A model generated the notes under the pieces. The model ran no database searches, was not told where the DNA came from, and was given only the letters and a program-made list of their open reading frames with translations. A DNA stretch of 64,000 nt from Anaerolinea sp. (lineage in GTDB: Bacteria > Chloroflexota > Anaerolineae > Anaerolineales > Villigracilaceae), in NCBI GenBank assembly GCA_020723805.1, contig DYID01000006.1:74694-138693 (forward strand). The letters are read 5' to 3'. Position numbers and translations under genes: made by a program. Positions 1 to 10,283 of this stretch are shown in pieces (position 1 is the first letter of the stretch; every line of letters begins with the position of its first letter).

Positions 1-1
1 T

Positions 2-1921
2 TATTACACGCCGACCTACATCGTGGATTACATCGTCAAGAATACGGTGGGGAAGTTGCTGGAAGGCGACCTCACCCCTAACCCCTCTCCCAAAGGGAGA
101 GGGGGACTCACGCCTGCGGACGTGGCGAAGTTGAAGATTGTGGACCCCGCCTGCGGCTCGGGGACGTTCCTGCTTGGCGCGTATCAATTTTTGCTCGACT
201 GGCATTTGAATTGGTATGTGAACAACGACCCCGAAAAATGGGTGAAGCAGAAAGCCCTTACCCCCTCCGTCCCTGCCTTCGGCAGGACACCTCCCCCAAA
301 TTCGCAGAATTTGGGGGAGGCTGGGAGGGGGTCTTACCGCCTCACCATCGCCAAGAAAAAGGAAATTCTGCTCAACAACATCTTCGGCGTGGACATTGAC
401 CCCCAAGCCGTGGAAGTGACCAAACTTTCGCTGCTGCTCAAGGCGCTGGAAGGCGTGAGCGGACAGTTGGACCTGGGTATGGAGCGCGTTTTGCCCGACC
501 TGGGAAACAACATCAAGTGCGGCAATTCGCTCATCGGCTGGGATTATTTCGAGGGGCAGTTGATGCCCGACGCGGAAGAAATCCGCCGCGTGAATCCTTT
601 TGACTGGGAACGCGAGTTCCCGCAGGTGTTTACCCCCTCCGTCCCTTCAGGACGCCTCCCCAAAAATCCAGCGGATTTTGGGGGAGGGCAGGGTGGGGGC
701 GGGTTCGACGCCGTGATTGGCAATCCGCCGTATGGAATAGTGTTTGACGAGAGGACTAAACCGTATTTAGAAAGAGCGTATCCAGCCTTTCTTAGAAATA
801 ACGATACCTATGTTGCCTTTTCTCAAAAAAGCGTTTCGTTGTTAAAGGATAACGGAATGTTTGGGTTTATTATTCCGAACACCTTTTTATTAGGAAATTA
901 TTTTGAGGAGTTTAAGAAATATTTGTTGAATAATGTAAATCTTCAGAAAATTATTGACTTTGGTACGGTTCAAATTTTTGATCAGCCAAATGTATTTACC
1001 TCGCTCTTGTTCTTTCAAAAGTCAAGAAAGCCAGAAAACGACGAAGTTGATTTTTGCAAAGTCGAACAAAACGAGTTTTCCTTGAGTGACTTGCCTTTTG
1101 TTAAATTAACAAGTGATTTAATTTATTCACTGACATGGTCAAATATTAATCCCGTTATTTCAAAAATAGCGCATAACAAAACTAAACTGGATGAAATTGC
1201 GTGGGTAAAAGATGTTGGATTGAATTATTGGACACAAGGGCGAGGAAAAACGAGGGGTGGCTCAATTGCTGACCGAACAATGTATGATGGCGAAAGGCAA
1301 GACGATAAAGACCGACCATATATAAAGGGCAGAGATTTAGATAGATATAATCTCAAGTTCGGCAATCACTGGTTGAGGCACAATTACAAGAGGTTACTCG
1401 ATCCCGAAGTAGATACACTGCGGTTTAGTCCAGAATTCCTTGAGAGAACCAAAATTATCTATCGGCAAACGGCTGACCACATAATAGCAACTTTGGATTC
1501 AAACGGTTATTTAACAGACAAAACTGTTCATGTGGTAGTTATTCGTGGTGAATGGGAAAAGAAGATTACCTATCATTACTTATTGGGCTTGCTGAACTCA
1601 AAGTTGTTGACCTATATTTATCGTCAATGGTCGCAAGAAGAAGGACGCACGTTTGCACAAGTTAAAACCTTTCGGATGAAACAACTCCCCATCCGCCCGA
1701 TAGACTTCGCCAACCCCGCCGACAAAGCGGCGCACGACCGCATCGTCTCGCTGGTGGAGCAAATGCTCGAATTGCACAAAAAACTGCCCGCCGCCAAGAC
1801 CCCGCAGGAAAAAGAACGGCTGGAGCGCCAAATCCAGGCGACCGATTCCGCCATAGACGCGCTGGTCTATGAGTTGTATGGGTTGACGGAAGAGGAAATC
1901 AAGATTGTGGAGGGCGGGTGA
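2..1921 (+). CDS. Type IIG/IIL (Eco57I-like) restriction-modification enzyme, N6-adenine methyltransferase plus C-terminal target-recognition region; 5'-truncated by the window edge
   Basis: The frame is open from base 2 ([10 protein letters not shown]). It has MTase motif I (DPACGSG), FGVDID, motif IV (GNPPY), and a TaqI_C-like C-terminus (KIIYRQT...YLLGLLNS...KQLPI...[16 protein letters not shown]). Confidence 0.88.
   Translation, partial: YYTPTYIVDYIVKNTVGKLLEGDLTPNPSPKGRGGLTPADVAKLKIVDPACGSGTFLLGAYQFLLDWHLNWYVNNDPEKWVKQKALTPSVPAFGRTPPPNSQNLGEAGRGSYRLTIAKKKEILLNNIFGVDIDPQAVEVTKLSLLLKALEGVSGQLDLGMERVLPDLGNNIKCGNSLIGWDYFEGQLMPDAEEIRRVNPFDWEREFPQVFTPSVPSGRLPKNPADFGGGQGGGGFDAVIGNPPYGIVFDERTKPYLERAYPAFLRNNDTYVAFSQKSVSLLKDNGMFGFIIPNTFLLGNYFEEFKKYLLNNVNLQKIIDFGTVQIFDQPNVFTSLLFFQKSRKPENDEVDFCKVEQNEFSLSDLPFVKLTSDLIYSLTWSNINPVISKIAHNKTKLDEIAWVKDVGLNYWTQGRGKTRGGSIADRTMYDGERQDDKDRPYIKGRDLDRYNLKFGNHWLRHNYKRLLDPEVDTLRFSPEFLERTKIIYRQTADHIIATLDSNGYLTDKTVHVVVIRGEWEKKITYHYLLGLLNSKLLTYIYRQWSQEEGRTFAQVKTFRMKQLPIRPIDFANPADKAAHDRIVSLVEQMLELHKKLPAAKTPQEKERLERQIQATDSAIDALVYELYGLTEEEIKIVEGG
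70..105. repeat. Palindromic REP-like element inside the R-M coding sequence
   Basis: CCCCTCTCCC-AAA-GGGAGAGGGG is a perfect 10-bp hairpin (82-104); it is translated as [10 protein letters not shown]. Confidence 0.75.
258..332. repeat. ~72-bp palindromic element inserted in frame in the R-M gene (copy 1)
   Basis: Nested hairpins CCTGCC-TTC-GGCAGG and CCTCCCCCAAATT-CGCAG-AATTTGGGGGAGG, with outer CCCCCTCC/GGGAGGGGG; translated as [24 protein letters not shown]. Confidence 0.8.
629..700. repeat. ~70-bp palindromic element inserted in frame in the R-M gene (copy 2)
   Basis: It shares TTACCCCCTCCGTCCCT..CAGGAC.CCTCCCC...TTTGGGGGAGG with copy 1 and lies just before [12 protein letters not shown]. 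Confidence 0.8.
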
Positions 1922-1950
1922 CCCCCTTCCCGTCCTTCCCCCTCGAAAAT

Positions 1951-1968
1951 CACCAATTACCAATTACC
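1951..1968 (+). repeat. CCAATTA heptamer tandem repeat (single arm)
   Basis: caccaattaccaattacc ends 3 nt before the ynfA ATG. Confidence 0.75.
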
Positions 1969-1970
1969 TT

Positions 1971-2306
1971 ATGAATCTCCTCACCACAACCCTGCTCTTT
2001 GCTGTTACCGCCATTGCCGAAATCCTCGGCTGTTACCTTCCCTTGCTTTGGCTCAAGGGACGCGCGCCGATATGGGTGCTGGCTCCAGCCGCCTTATCGC
2101 TCGCGCTGTTTGTTTACCTGCTGACGCTGCATCCCATCGCGGCAGGACGAGTCTACGCGGCGTACGGCGGGGTGTACGTGGCGACCGCGCTTGCCTGGCT
2201 GTGGTTCGTACAGGGCATTCGCCCCAGCCTGTGGGATGTCCTCGGTGCGTCCGTCGCCATCCTGGGCATGGCGATTATCGTCCTCGCGCCCCGCGCCGCT
2301 CCCTGA
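1971..2306 (+). CDS. ynfA: YnfA/UPF0060 family small membrane protein
   Basis: AEILGCY...[12 protein letters not shown]...[12 protein letters not shown] is the YnfA signature; four TM helices; start moved to ATG 1971. Confidence 0.85.
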   Translation: MNLLTTTLLFAVTAIAEILGCYLPLLWLKGRAPIWVLAPAALSLALFVYLLTLHPIAAGRVYAAYGGVYVATALAWLWFVQGIRPSLWDVLGASVAILGMAIIVLAPRAAP

Positions 2307-2309
2307 ACG

Positions 2310-2332
2310 CACCAATTACCAATTACCAATCA
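2310..2332 (+). repeat. CCAATTA heptamer tandem repeat (single arm)
   Basis: caccaattaccaattaccaatcac lies between the ynfA stop and the mmsA RBS. Confidence 0.75.
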
Positions 2333-2348
2333 CTTTTTGGAGTAACTC

Positions 2349-3815
2349 ATGGACATCCTCAACTACATCAACGGCGCATGGATCAAACCAAACGCCCCCG
2401 AATACTTCGACGTAATCAACCCCGCCACGGGGCAGGTCATCGCCCGCACGCCGCTCGGCACGAAAGCCGATGTGGACGCGGCGGCGCGCGCGGCGGCGGA
2501 AGCCTTCCCTGGCTGGCGGCGGGTCCCAGTCAACGACCGCGTGCAGTACCTGTTCAAACTCCGCAACCTCCTGCGCGAACACATGGACGAAATCGCCAAA
2601 CTCATCACTGACGAGTGCGGCAAGACCTTCGAAGAATCCCGCGCCGAGATGGTGCGCGCCGTGGAAAACGTGGAAGTCGCCTGCGGGATGCCGCACTTGG
2701 GCAAGGGCGAGTTTGTGGAAGACATCGCCTCAGGCATTGACGAGACGATGATCCGCCAGCCGGTGGGCGTGTGCGCCACGATTGCGCCCTTCAACTTCCC
2801 CGGCATGATTCCCTTCTGGTACCTGCCCTACGCCCTCGCGGCGGGCAACACCTACATCGTCAAGCCTTCGGAAAAAGTGCCGATGACCATGCAGTACATC
2901 TTCAAACTCATCGAGCAGGTCGGTTTCCCGAAGGGCGTGATCAACCTAGTCAACGGCGCGAAGGAGGCGGTGGACGGCATTCTTGAGCATCCGACCATCC
3001 GCGCGATTACCTTCGTCGGTTCGACCAATGTGGCGAAGTACATCTACGCCACTGCCGCGGCGCACGGCAAGCGCGTACAGGCGCAGGGCGGGGCGAAGAA
3101 TCCCGTCATCATTTTGCCCGATGCCGATATGGAGATGGCGACGAAGATCGTCGCCGATTCCGCCTTCGGGTGCGCGGGGCAGCGCTGCCTGGCAGTTTCC
3201 CTCGCTGTGACGGTTGCCGAGGCGCGCAACACCTTCACCGAGTTGATCTGCGACGCCGCCTCCTCGCGCGTGGTCGGCTACGGCATGGACGCGGGCGTGC
3301 AGATGGGACCGGTCATCAATCAGGCGAGTAAAACGCGCATCGAGCAGTTGATCGGCATCGGGTCCGAGGGAGGCGCAAAGGTCTGCGTGGACGGGCGCGG
3401 GACGGTGGTCAAAGGCTACGAAAAAGGCTCCTTCGTCCGCCCGACGGTCATCGCCGATGTTCAGCCCGGAAGCGAACTCTGGAAGACGGAGGTCTTCGGT
3501 CCCGTGCTGGGGCTGATGCACGTCAACACCATCGAAGAGGCGATTGCGCTGGCGAACAGTCACATGTACGGCAATCAGGCGAGCCTGTTCACATCGAGCG
3601 GGGCGGCGGCGCGCAAGTTCAAGTACGAGGTCGAGGCGGGCAACATCGGCATCAACATCGGGGTTGCCGCGCCGATGGCGTTCTTCCCCTTCAGCGGCTG
3701 GAAGGACAGTTTCTTCGGCGACATGCACGGTCAAAGCATGGACGCGGTGGAGTTCTTCACGCAGAAGAAAGTGGTGGTGGAGCGCTGGCCCCGCGAGTGG
3801 ACGAGGAAGTTTTAA
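2349..3815 (+). CDS. mmsA: CoA-acylating (methyl)malonate-semialdehyde dehydrogenase
   Basis: [28 protein letters not shown] (catalytic Cys), EVFGP and [12 protein letters not shown] are typical of MmsA/IolA. Confidence 0.88.
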   Translation: MDILNYINGAWIKPNAPEYFDVINPATGQVIARTPLGTKADVDAAARAAAEAFPGWRRVPVNDRVQYLFKLRNLLREHMDEIAKLITDECGKTFEESRAEMVRAVENVEVACGMPHLGKGEFVEDIASGIDETMIRQPVGVCATIAPFNFPGMIPFWYLPYALAAGNTYIVKPSEKVPMTMQYIFKLIEQVGFPKGVINLVNGAKEAVDGILEHPTIRAITFVGSTNVAKYIYATAAAHGKRVQAQGGAKNPVIILPDADMEMATKIVADSAFGCAGQRCLAVSLAVTVAEARNTFTELICDAASSRVVGYGMDAGVQMGPVINQASKTRIEQLIGIGSEGGAKVCVDGRGTVVKGYEKGSFVRPTVIADVQPGSELWKTEVFGPVLGLMHVNTIEEAIALANSHMYGNQASLFTSSGAAARKFKYEVEAGNIGINIGVAAPMAFFPFSGWKDSFFGDMHGQSMDAVEFFTQKKVVVERWPREWTRKF

Positions 3816-3884
3816 TTTGGTAATTGGTAAATGGTAATTACCACTTGCCAATTACCAATTACCATTTACTACTCACCAATCACC
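3816..3884. repeat. Heptamer-periodic inverted-repeat element (TAATTGG arm + CCAATTA arm), empty form
   Basis: tttggtaattggtaaatggtaatt followed by accacttgccaattaccaattaccatttac; starts immediately after the mmsA stop. Confidence 0.8.
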
Positions 3885-3899
3885 ATCTCTTGAGGAATT

Positions 3900-5255
3900 A
3901 TGACCTACGACAACGCACTCTCTTACGCAAACACTTGGCTCGACATCATCAAACAGGAGCGCTTCCCCGACGAGGCGCAAGCCAAATGGATCATCAACGA
4001 ATCCAAACACAACTTCGCCGAACACTTCAACCGCGGCTGGCTGGAATACCGCAAGTCGGTGACGGAGGCGGGCGACTGGGCGTCGGTGGAATGGTCGGGC
4101 AATGGCTCGGTCTTCACCGACGTGCTGGGGCGCAAATACATTGACTGGCTGGGCGGCTACGGCATGATGGACCTCGGCTGGGTTCATCCCGAAGTAGTCG
4201 AGGCGGTCATCGCGCAGGCAAAGCGCAGTCCCATGCCCTCGCAGGAATTGATTGACCCGCTGCGCGGCGTGCTTGCCAAACTTATGGCGGAAATCACGCC
4301 GGGCGATTTGAAGTACTCGTGGTTCGCCGCCAGCGGCACCGAAGCCATCGAAGCCGCCATCAAAATTGCCAAACTCTACACGGGCAAATCGGCGTTTATT
4401 GTGGCGGTCAAGGGCTTTCACGGCAAGACAATGGGCTCGCTCTCGATGATGGGCAAAGCCGATTACCGCGAACGCATGGGCGCGCTCTATGGCGGGCAGG
4501 TTTATCACGTGCCATTCGGCGATGCGGAGGCGGTGGAACGGCAGCTTGACATCTGCGAGAAGGTCGGCATCGGCGTGGCGGCGGTCATCTTCGAACCGAT
4601 TCAGGGCGAGGCGGGCGCGATTGTCCCGCCGGATGACTTCTGGTCCCGCATCCGCACCGCGACGAAGAAGCACGGGGTTTTGTTGATTGCGGATGAAGTG
4701 CAGACGGGTCTGGGGCGGACGGGGAAACTGTGGGGCGTGAATCACTGGGATGTCGTCCCCGACATCATCGCCACCGCCAAATCGCTCGGCGGCGGGGTGA
4801 TGCCCATCAGTGCGGTGACCACCACCGAGGAAATCTTCCAGCCGATGATGTACCCGAATCCGTTCATGCACACCACGACGACCGGCGGCGGCGCGTTAGC
4901 CTGCTCTGCCGCCATTGCCGCCATCCGCGTCACGCTTCGCGACCGACTTTGGGAGGGCGCGGCGGCGAAGGGCAGTTACCTCATCGAAAAAGTGAGCGAC
5001 CTGGCGGAGGAGTTTCCGCAAATCTACGAGAAGGTGACCGGCAAAGGCTTGCTCATCGGTCAGCACTTCCGTTCGCCGGCGCTCGGTTACAAGGTGGCGG
5101 CGGAGTTGTTCAAGCGCGGCGTGCTGGTGGCTGGCACGCTCACCAGTTCGCAAACCATCCGCATCGAGCCGCCGCTCATCATCACGCAGGCAGAAATTGA
5201 CGAAGGTTTGAACCGCCTGCGCGATGCGGTCGGCGCAGTGGCAAAGACATTGTGA
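3900..5255 (+). CDS. patA: Putrescine aminotransferase (class III PLP)
   Basis: The N-terminus (HFNRGWLEYRKSVT, DWLGGYG, SQELIDPLR) resembles PatA/YgjG; FHGKT, DEVQTG and the PLP lysine in AKSLGGG are present. Confidence 0.75.
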   Translation: MTYDNALSYANTWLDIIKQERFPDEAQAKWIINESKHNFAEHFNRGWLEYRKSVTEAGDWASVEWSGNGSVFTDVLGRKYIDWLGGYGMMDLGWVHPEVVEAVIAQAKRSPMPSQELIDPLRGVLAKLMAEITPGDLKYSWFAASGTEAIEAAIKIAKLYTGKSAFIVAVKGFHGKTMGSLSMMGKADYRERMGALYGGQVYHVPFGDAEAVERQLDICEKVGIGVAAVIFEPIQGEAGAIVPPDDFWSRIRTATKKHGVLLIADEVQTGLGRTGKLWGVNHWDVVPDIIATAKSLGGGVMPISAVTTTEEIFQPMMYPNPFMHTTTTGGGALACSAAIAAIRVTLRDRLWEGAAAKGSYLIEKVSDLAEEFPQIYEKVTGKGLLIGQHFRSPALGYKVAAELFKRGVLVAGTLTSSQTIRIEPPLIITQAEIDEGLNRLRDAVGAVAKTL

Positions 5256-5284
5256 CCCTCGCCCCTCATCCGAGGGGATGAGGG
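5256..5284. repeat. REP-like hairpin
   Basis: CCCTCATCC-GAGG-GGATGAGGG directly after the stop codon. Confidence 0.55.
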
Positions 5285-5289
5285 TAAAA

Positions 5290-5319
5290 TGTAGGATAAG
5301 TCTATAGACTTGTCCTACA
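5290..5319. repeat. GTAG-family REP-like palindrome
   Basis: TGTAGGATAAGTC-TATA-GACTTGTCCTACA. Confidence 0.65.
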
Positions 5320-5368
5320 ACATGTTCTACAAAAGACAGTATCAAATCCTATCCTGAGGAGAAGATAG

Positions 5369-6487
5369 ATGCGAAGTGAGTTTGCAGTCGAACTACGGGA
5401 TGTCGTAAAACAATTTGTCACACCAGAGGGGAATCTTTTGAACGCCGTGGATCATGTCACCATGCAGATCAAGAACGGCGAGTTCTTCTCGATGCTGGGT
5501 TCGTCGGGCTGCGGCAAGACCACCTCCCTGCGCATGATCGCCGGCTTCGAGTGGCCCACCGCGGGGGAGGTGTATATCGAGGGCAAGCCAATGGGGCATA
5601 CGCCGCCCTTCCAGCGCAAGGTCAATACCGTGTTTCAAAACTATGCGCTCTTCCAGCACATGACGGTCTATCAAAACGTGGCGTTTGGGTTGGAGATGGA
5701 AGGAGCGGACAAGAGCGAAATCGAAAAGCGCGTCAAACGCGCCCTGGAGATGGTTCAACTGACCGGCATGGAGCGGCGTAAACCCCGTCAGCTCTCCGGC
5801 GGGCAGCAGCAGCGCGTGGCGGTGGCGCGGGCGCTGGTCAAACTGCCGGATGTGCTGCTCCTCGACGAACCGCTTGGCGCGCTGGACTTGAAACTGCGCA
5901 AGGAAATGCAGTTGGAACTCAAGGCGCTCCAGAAGGAAGTTGGCATCACTTTTATCTATGTCACCCACGACCAGGAAGAAGCCCTCACCATGTCGGACCG
6001 CATTGCGGTGATGAGCAAGGGCAAGGTCATGCAAATGGGCACGCCGGTCGAAATCTACGAGCGCCCCGCCAACAAGTTCGTGGCAGACTTTATCGGCGAG
6101 TCGAATTTTCTGGATGGAAAGATCAAGTCCATTTCGGCGGATGAAGCGAGCGTCTTTGTCCCTGCCCTGAACGCCGAGTTGAGCGGTGTGCCGATGTCGA
6201 AGGATTTGGTCAACGGCGAAGAAGTCGTCATTTCCATCCGCCCGGAGAAGATCCGCATCGTGGAGTACGACGACGGGAAGGAAGGAATTTTCCGCGCAAA
6301 AATCATCAACTCCATCTACATCGGTTCCGATACGCATGTGTATCTCGACTGCAACGGGGTGCGGTTGAAGGTCATGGAACAGAACCGCATTTCCCGCCTC
6401 GACCCGTTCTCCTTCTATCACAAAGATCAGCAGGTCGGTGTGTACCTGATGCCGGAAAACACGCTGGTCTTGAAAAAGGAGGCGTGA
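5369..6487 (+). CDS. potA: Polyamine ABC transporter ATP-binding subunit
   Basis: Walker [24 protein letters not shown]-terminal TOBE region. Confidence 0.9.
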   Translation: MRSEFAVELRDVVKQFVTPEGNLLNAVDHVTMQIKNGEFFSMLGSSGCGKTTSLRMIAGFEWPTAGEVYIEGKPMGHTPPFQRKVNTVFQNYALFQHMTVYQNVAFGLEMEGADKSEIEKRVKRALEMVQLTGMERRKPRQLSGGQQQRVAVARALVKLPDVLLLDEPLGALDLKLRKEMQLELKALQKEVGITFIYVTHDQEEALTMSDRIAVMSKGKVMQMGTPVEIYERPANKFVADFIGESNFLDGKIKSISADEASVFVPALNAELSGVPMSKDLVNGEEVVISIRPEKIRIVEYDDGKEGIFRAKIINSIYIGSDTHVYLDCNGVRLKVMEQNRISRLDPFSFYHKDQQVGVYLMPENTLVLKKEA

Positions 6488-6488
6488 C

Positions 6489-7412
6489 ATGCTTCAACGG
6501 CTTCGTGAAAACAAAGCCTGGCAGGGCACACTGCTGGCGCTTCCGACTACCTTGTGGCTGTTTGTTCTGTTGGTGATTCCGCTTTTCCTCACGCTGGTTG
6601 TGAGTTTTGGCAGGCGCAGCCCGGATGGCGGCGTAATTTACGGCTTCTCCTTTCACAACTACCTTCGGTTATTGGGCTACAGCACCGATTGTCCGGGCGG
6701 GCAAGCCGCCTGCTTCGATCCGCTCTATGCCGGCATTTTGTGGCGCTCGCTCACGCTGGCATTCTGGACGACGGTGATTGTCATTTTGCTCGCCTACCCG
6801 CTGGCGTACTTCATTGCCCGCTCGCACCCCCGCCGCCGCAATACCTTCCTCATGCTGGTGCTCGTACCGCTGTGGACCAACTTCGTCATCCGCGTCTATG
6901 CCTGGATGATGCTCCTGCGCGAGCAGGGCGTCATCAATGGCGTGCTGGGCTGGATTGCGGCACAGTTCGGCATTCCTTTTCAGCCGCTTCAAATGCTCTA
7001 CACGCCCGGCGCGGTGCTGGTCGGCATGGTGTACGAGTTTCTGCCGTTCATGATTTTGCCCATTTTCACTTCGCTGGAAAAAATCGAACTGCCGCTGTAT
7101 GAAGCCGCCGCCGATTTGGGAGCAAACCCGTTCCGCACCTTCCTGCGTGTGACGCTGCCGCTCTCCATGCCCGGCGTGGTGGCAGGCACCATCCTGGTCT
7201 TCATCCCGGTCATGGGGACGTTCATCGTTTCGGACTTGCTGGGCGGCAAACAGGTGATTTTGGTGGGCAACCTCATCCAGAATCAATTCCTTTCGGCGCG
7301 CGACCCAACCTTCGGTTCTGCCGCCTCGTTGATCCTGATGATCATGACCCTCATCGTGACCTACTTCTACACCCGTAAATTCGGATTCGGAGAGGAGATT
7401 ATCGCGGCATGA
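6489..7412 (+). CDS. potB: Polyamine ABC transporter permease
   Basis: EAA loop (EAAADLGA); PotB-type [15 protein letters not shown]. Confidence 0.88.
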   Translation: MLQRLRENKAWQGTLLALPTTLWLFVLLVIPLFLTLVVSFGRRSPDGGVIYGFSFHNYLRLLGYSTDCPGGQAACFDPLYAGILWRSLTLAFWTTVIVILLAYPLAYFIARSHPRRRNTFLMLVLVPLWTNFVIRVYAWMMLLREQGVINGVLGWIAAQFGIPFQPLQMLYTPGAVLVGMVYEFLPFMILPIFTSLEKIELPLYEAAADLGANPFRTFLRVTLPLSMPGVVAGTILVFIPVMGTFIVSDLLGGKQVILVGNLIQNQFLSARDPTFGSAASLILMIMTLIVTYFYTRKFGFGEEIIAA

Positions 7413-8290
7413 ACCCCTACCGCCGGCATCCTTTCATCCGTGTTGCCACCGTTCTGGTGTACCTCTTCCTGTACACGCCCATTGTCGTGCTGGTGTTGTA
7501 TGCCTTCAATGCCTCGCGCACGAATATTCTGTTCGAGGGTTTCATTCCTTCGTTTGGACCTCTCCAAACCAGCGGCAGTCTCGTCACCCAAAGCCCGTGC
7601 GGACCCTTTCACTGGTTTTGCGAACTCTCACGCAACCGCGAGGTCGGCGCGGCGGCGCGCAACACGCTGACCATTGCCTTCATCTCCACCCTGACCTCCA
7701 CGGTCATCGGCACGATGGCGGCGCTCGCGCTCCAGCGCTATAACTTTCGGATGAAACCCTTCTCGCAAATTTTCCTCTATATCCCCATCGTCATCCCTGA
7801 AATCGTCATGGGAATTGGAATACTGACCCTCTTCAGCCAGCTATTCGGCGTTTTGAACAGCGCTCTTGGCTTGGCAGGCGATTCCCGCCTCTCCCTCGGA
7901 CTGGGGACGGTCATCGTTTCCCACATCGCCTTCAGCGTCCCCTTTGTGACTTTGGTGGTGCAGGCGCGTTTGCAGGGGTTCGATAAATCCTACGAGGAAG
8001 CCGCCATGGATTTGGGCGCAAATGAACTGGTCACGTTTTGGCGCGTCACCTTCCCGATGATTTTGCCCGGTGTGCTTTCGGGCGCACTGCTGGCTTTTAC
8101 CCTTTCGCTGGATGACTTCGTCATCACCTTCTTTACCACCGGTCCCGGCGCGACCACCCTGCCGATTTATGTGTATGGTCTCTTGCGGCGCATCATCACT
8201 CCGCAGGTCAACGCCCTGTCCACCATCTGGATTGCCATCGTGTTGACGGCGGTCATTCTCCTGCAACGACTGCAAAACCGCGAAGCCTGA
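7409..8290 (+). CDS. potC: Polyamine ABC transporter permease
   Basis: EEAAMDLGA and [11 protein letters not shown]; overlaps the potB stop (ATGA). Confidence 0.88.
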   Translation: MNPYRRHPFIRVATVLVYLFLYTPIVVLVLYAFNASRTNILFEGFIPSFGPLQTSGSLVTQSPCGPFHWFCELSRNREVGAAARNTLTIAFISTLTSTVIGTMAALALQRYNFRMKPFSQIFLYIPIVIPEIVMGIGILTLFSQLFGVLNSALGLAGDSRLSLGLGTVIVSHIAFSVPFVTLVVQARLQGFDKSYEEAAMDLGANELVTFWRVTFPMILPGVLSGALLAFTLSLDDFVITFFTTGPGATTLPIYVYGLLRRIITPQVNALSTIWIAIVLTAVILLQRLQNREA

Positions 8291-8360
8291 AACTTGTTGT
8301 GAAAACCACGGCGAAGTCCGTGTGTTTCAAAAACCAAACAAATCTTCTAAGGAGGAAGAG

Positions 8361-9500
8361 ATGAGCAAAAACCTGTTGTTCAAACTGACGGTGCTTCTGA
8401 CCATGATGAGTCTCGCGCTGGCAGCCTGCGGAGGTGGAGGCGGCGATGAAACTACCCAGAAGGTCACATCGTCTGGCTTTGTCTGCCCCGAGCCGGAGCA
8501 GAAAATGGAGGTTTCTTCTCAGGAGTTGAACCTCTTTGTGTGGACTGAATACATTCCAGCCGAATGGAAGGAATGTTTCGAATTGGTTTATGGTGTCAAA
8601 ATCAATCACGATGAGTATTCCAGCAATGAGGAAATGTACGCCAAGCTTTCAGCAGGCGGCACCAACTACGACCTCGTCCAGCCGACCGATTACATCGTTG
8701 GTTTAATGATCCGTCAGGGCATGCTCCAGAAACTGGATCATGGCAAACTCCCCATGTCCAGTTTCGACCCGAACTATATGGACCTGCCCTTCGACCCGGG
8801 CAACGAATACACCATCCCCTATCAGGCTGGCACGGACGCCATCATCTACAATGCCGACAAGGTGGAGAATCCTCCCAAGTCCTTTGCCGACTTGTGGAAT
8901 CCGGAATACGCCGGGCGCATGGTCTTCCTCGATGACTCGCGCGTCATCATCGGCATGACCCTGCTGACTCTCGGCTACGATGTCAACACCACCGACCCCG
9001 CCCAGTTGGAGGAAGCCAAGGTTAAACTGGCGGAACTGGTGCCGAACGTCAAACTCTTCGACAGCGACAGCCCCAAGACTGCCCTCATCGCCGGCGACGT
9101 GGACCTCGGCATCACCTGGACGGGCGAAGCCTTTCTTGCCGCTCAGGAAAACCCTGCCTTCACCTACGTCTATCCGACTGAAGGGGCAATCCTCTGGCAG
9201 GACAACTGGGCGATTCCTGTCGGCGCTCCGCATCTGGATGCCGCTTACGCCTGGATTAACTACACCATGCAGGGCAACATGTTCTGGATGATGCTGCGCG
9301 ATTTCCCCTACATCAATCCCAGTCTCGCCGCGCTGGAATATGCCAAAGAAAACCAGCCTGACCTCTATAATGCCTACATGGGTTCGCCCATTACCAACGT
9401 CCCGCAAGAGGCGATTGACGCGGGTCACCGCATTGAGGATGTCGGTGACGCCACGCCGCTCTACGACCGAATTTGGACGGAAGTCAAGGGCGGGGAATAA
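8361..9500 (+). CDS. potD: Spermidine/putrescine-binding lipoprotein
   Basis: AGGAGG RBS before ATG 8361; lipobox LAAC; WTEY, YSSNEEMYAK and WQDNWAIP are PotD/PotF motifs. Confidence 0.85.
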   Translation: MSKNLLFKLTVLLTMMSLALAACGGGGGDETTQKVTSSGFVCPEPEQKMEVSSQELNLFVWTEYIPAEWKECFELVYGVKINHDEYSSNEEMYAKLSAGGTNYDLVQPTDYIVGLMIRQGMLQKLDHGKLPMSSFDPNYMDLPFDPGNEYTIPYQAGTDAIIYNADKVENPPKSFADLWNPEYAGRMVFLDDSRVIIGMTLLTLGYDVNTTDPAQLEEAKVKLAELVPNVKLFDSDSPKTALIAGDVDLGITWTGEAFLAAQENPAFTYVYPTEGAILWQDNWAIPVGAPHLDAAYAWINYTMQGNMFWMMLRDFPYINPSLAALEYAKENQPDLYNAYMGSPITNVPQEAIDAGHRIEDVGDATPLYDRIWTEVKGGE

Positions 9501-9519
9501 TCGCCGCTTCTGACCTATC

Positions 9520-9557
9520 AAGCCGCCGATTGCGCCGCAGTCGGCGGCTTTTTGTTT
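9520..9557 (+). terminator. Intrinsic terminator after potD
   Basis: AAGCCGCCGA...TCGGCGGCTT stem followed by TTTGTTT. Confidence 0.8.
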
Positions 9558-9619
9558 CAGTCACCTGCGAAGGAAAATCAATGCGGTGGTTTTTATATTG
9601 ACGAAAAAGAATAAAAATA

Positions 9620-9648
9620 TTGAAATTTTTGAAAAATAGTGATAAAAT
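9620..9648 (+). promoter_or_regulatory. Sigma70-type promoter, probably giving a leaderless transcript
   Basis: TTGAAA(9620)-17 nt-TAAAAT(9643); ATG 9655 lies 6 nt downstream and there is no SD. Confidence 0.55.
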
Positions 9649-9654
9649 ATGGCT

Positions 9655-10122
9655 ATGGAAGAAAAAACTGCTATTCAAACAACCCAGCCGTTAGACGACA
9701 TTGACCGCGCCGTCATCGAAGCCATGCGCAAGGACGGGCGGACGGCGTTCTCTCAAATTGCCGAACAGCTCAACGTCTCGCCGGGCATGATTCGCCTGCG
9801 CTACAACCGCCTGGTCGAACTCGGTTACCTCAAGGTGGTCGCCGTCACCAATCCTTTGATGATGGGCAAGCGCACCATGGCAATGATCGGCGTGCGCACT
9901 GACGGAAGCAAAATGCTCGAGGTGGCGAATCAATTAAGCGACTTTGATGAAGTCGTTTATGTCGTTGTTGTCAGCGGCAGGTATGACTTGATGATCGAGG
10001 TCTTTTGCCGCGACCACGAAGACCTGCTCAACTTCCTCACCGAAAAACTTGCCAAAGTGGATGGCGTCCGCGAGACGGAATCGTTCATGCATCTGAAGAT
10101 TGTGAAGGAGATTTACTTTTAG
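9655..10122 (+). CDS. Lrp/AsnC family transcriptional regulator
   Basis: LDDIDRAVI..MRKDGRTAFSQIAEQLNVS HTH; C-terminal SGRYDL RAM domain; alternative start at 9649. Confidence 0.9.
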   Translation: MEEKTAIQTTQPLDDIDRAVIEAMRKDGRTAFSQIAEQLNVSPGMIRLRYNRLVELGYLKVVAVTNPLMMGKRTMAMIGVRTDGSKMLEVANQLSDFDEVVYVVVVSGRYDLMIEVFCRDHEDLLNFLTEKLAKVDGVRETESFMHLKIVKEIYF

Positions 10123-10222
10123 AGTCTCGAGTCTCATAGTCTGATGGAGTGATCGCTATAAGAAAGTGTTCGATAAGGCGATAAGACTATAAGACTATAA
10201 GACTATAAGACTATGAGACTAG
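10123..10222. repeat. 7/8-mer periodic inverted-repeat element
   Basis: Left arm agtctcgagtctcatagtct; right arm (ATAAGACT)x4 + ATGAGACT at 10181-10220. Confidence 0.75.
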
Positions 10223-10283
10223 TTGACTAACCCAAACTAACTCGCACAACGCGGGTTATAAAACAAACGGAGAAGAAAGGATC

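Noticed and set aside
10181-10220. Tandem repeats (here and the heptamer arrays) as a CRISPR array
   Set aside because: Units are 7-10 nt with no unique spacers, and no cas genes are present.
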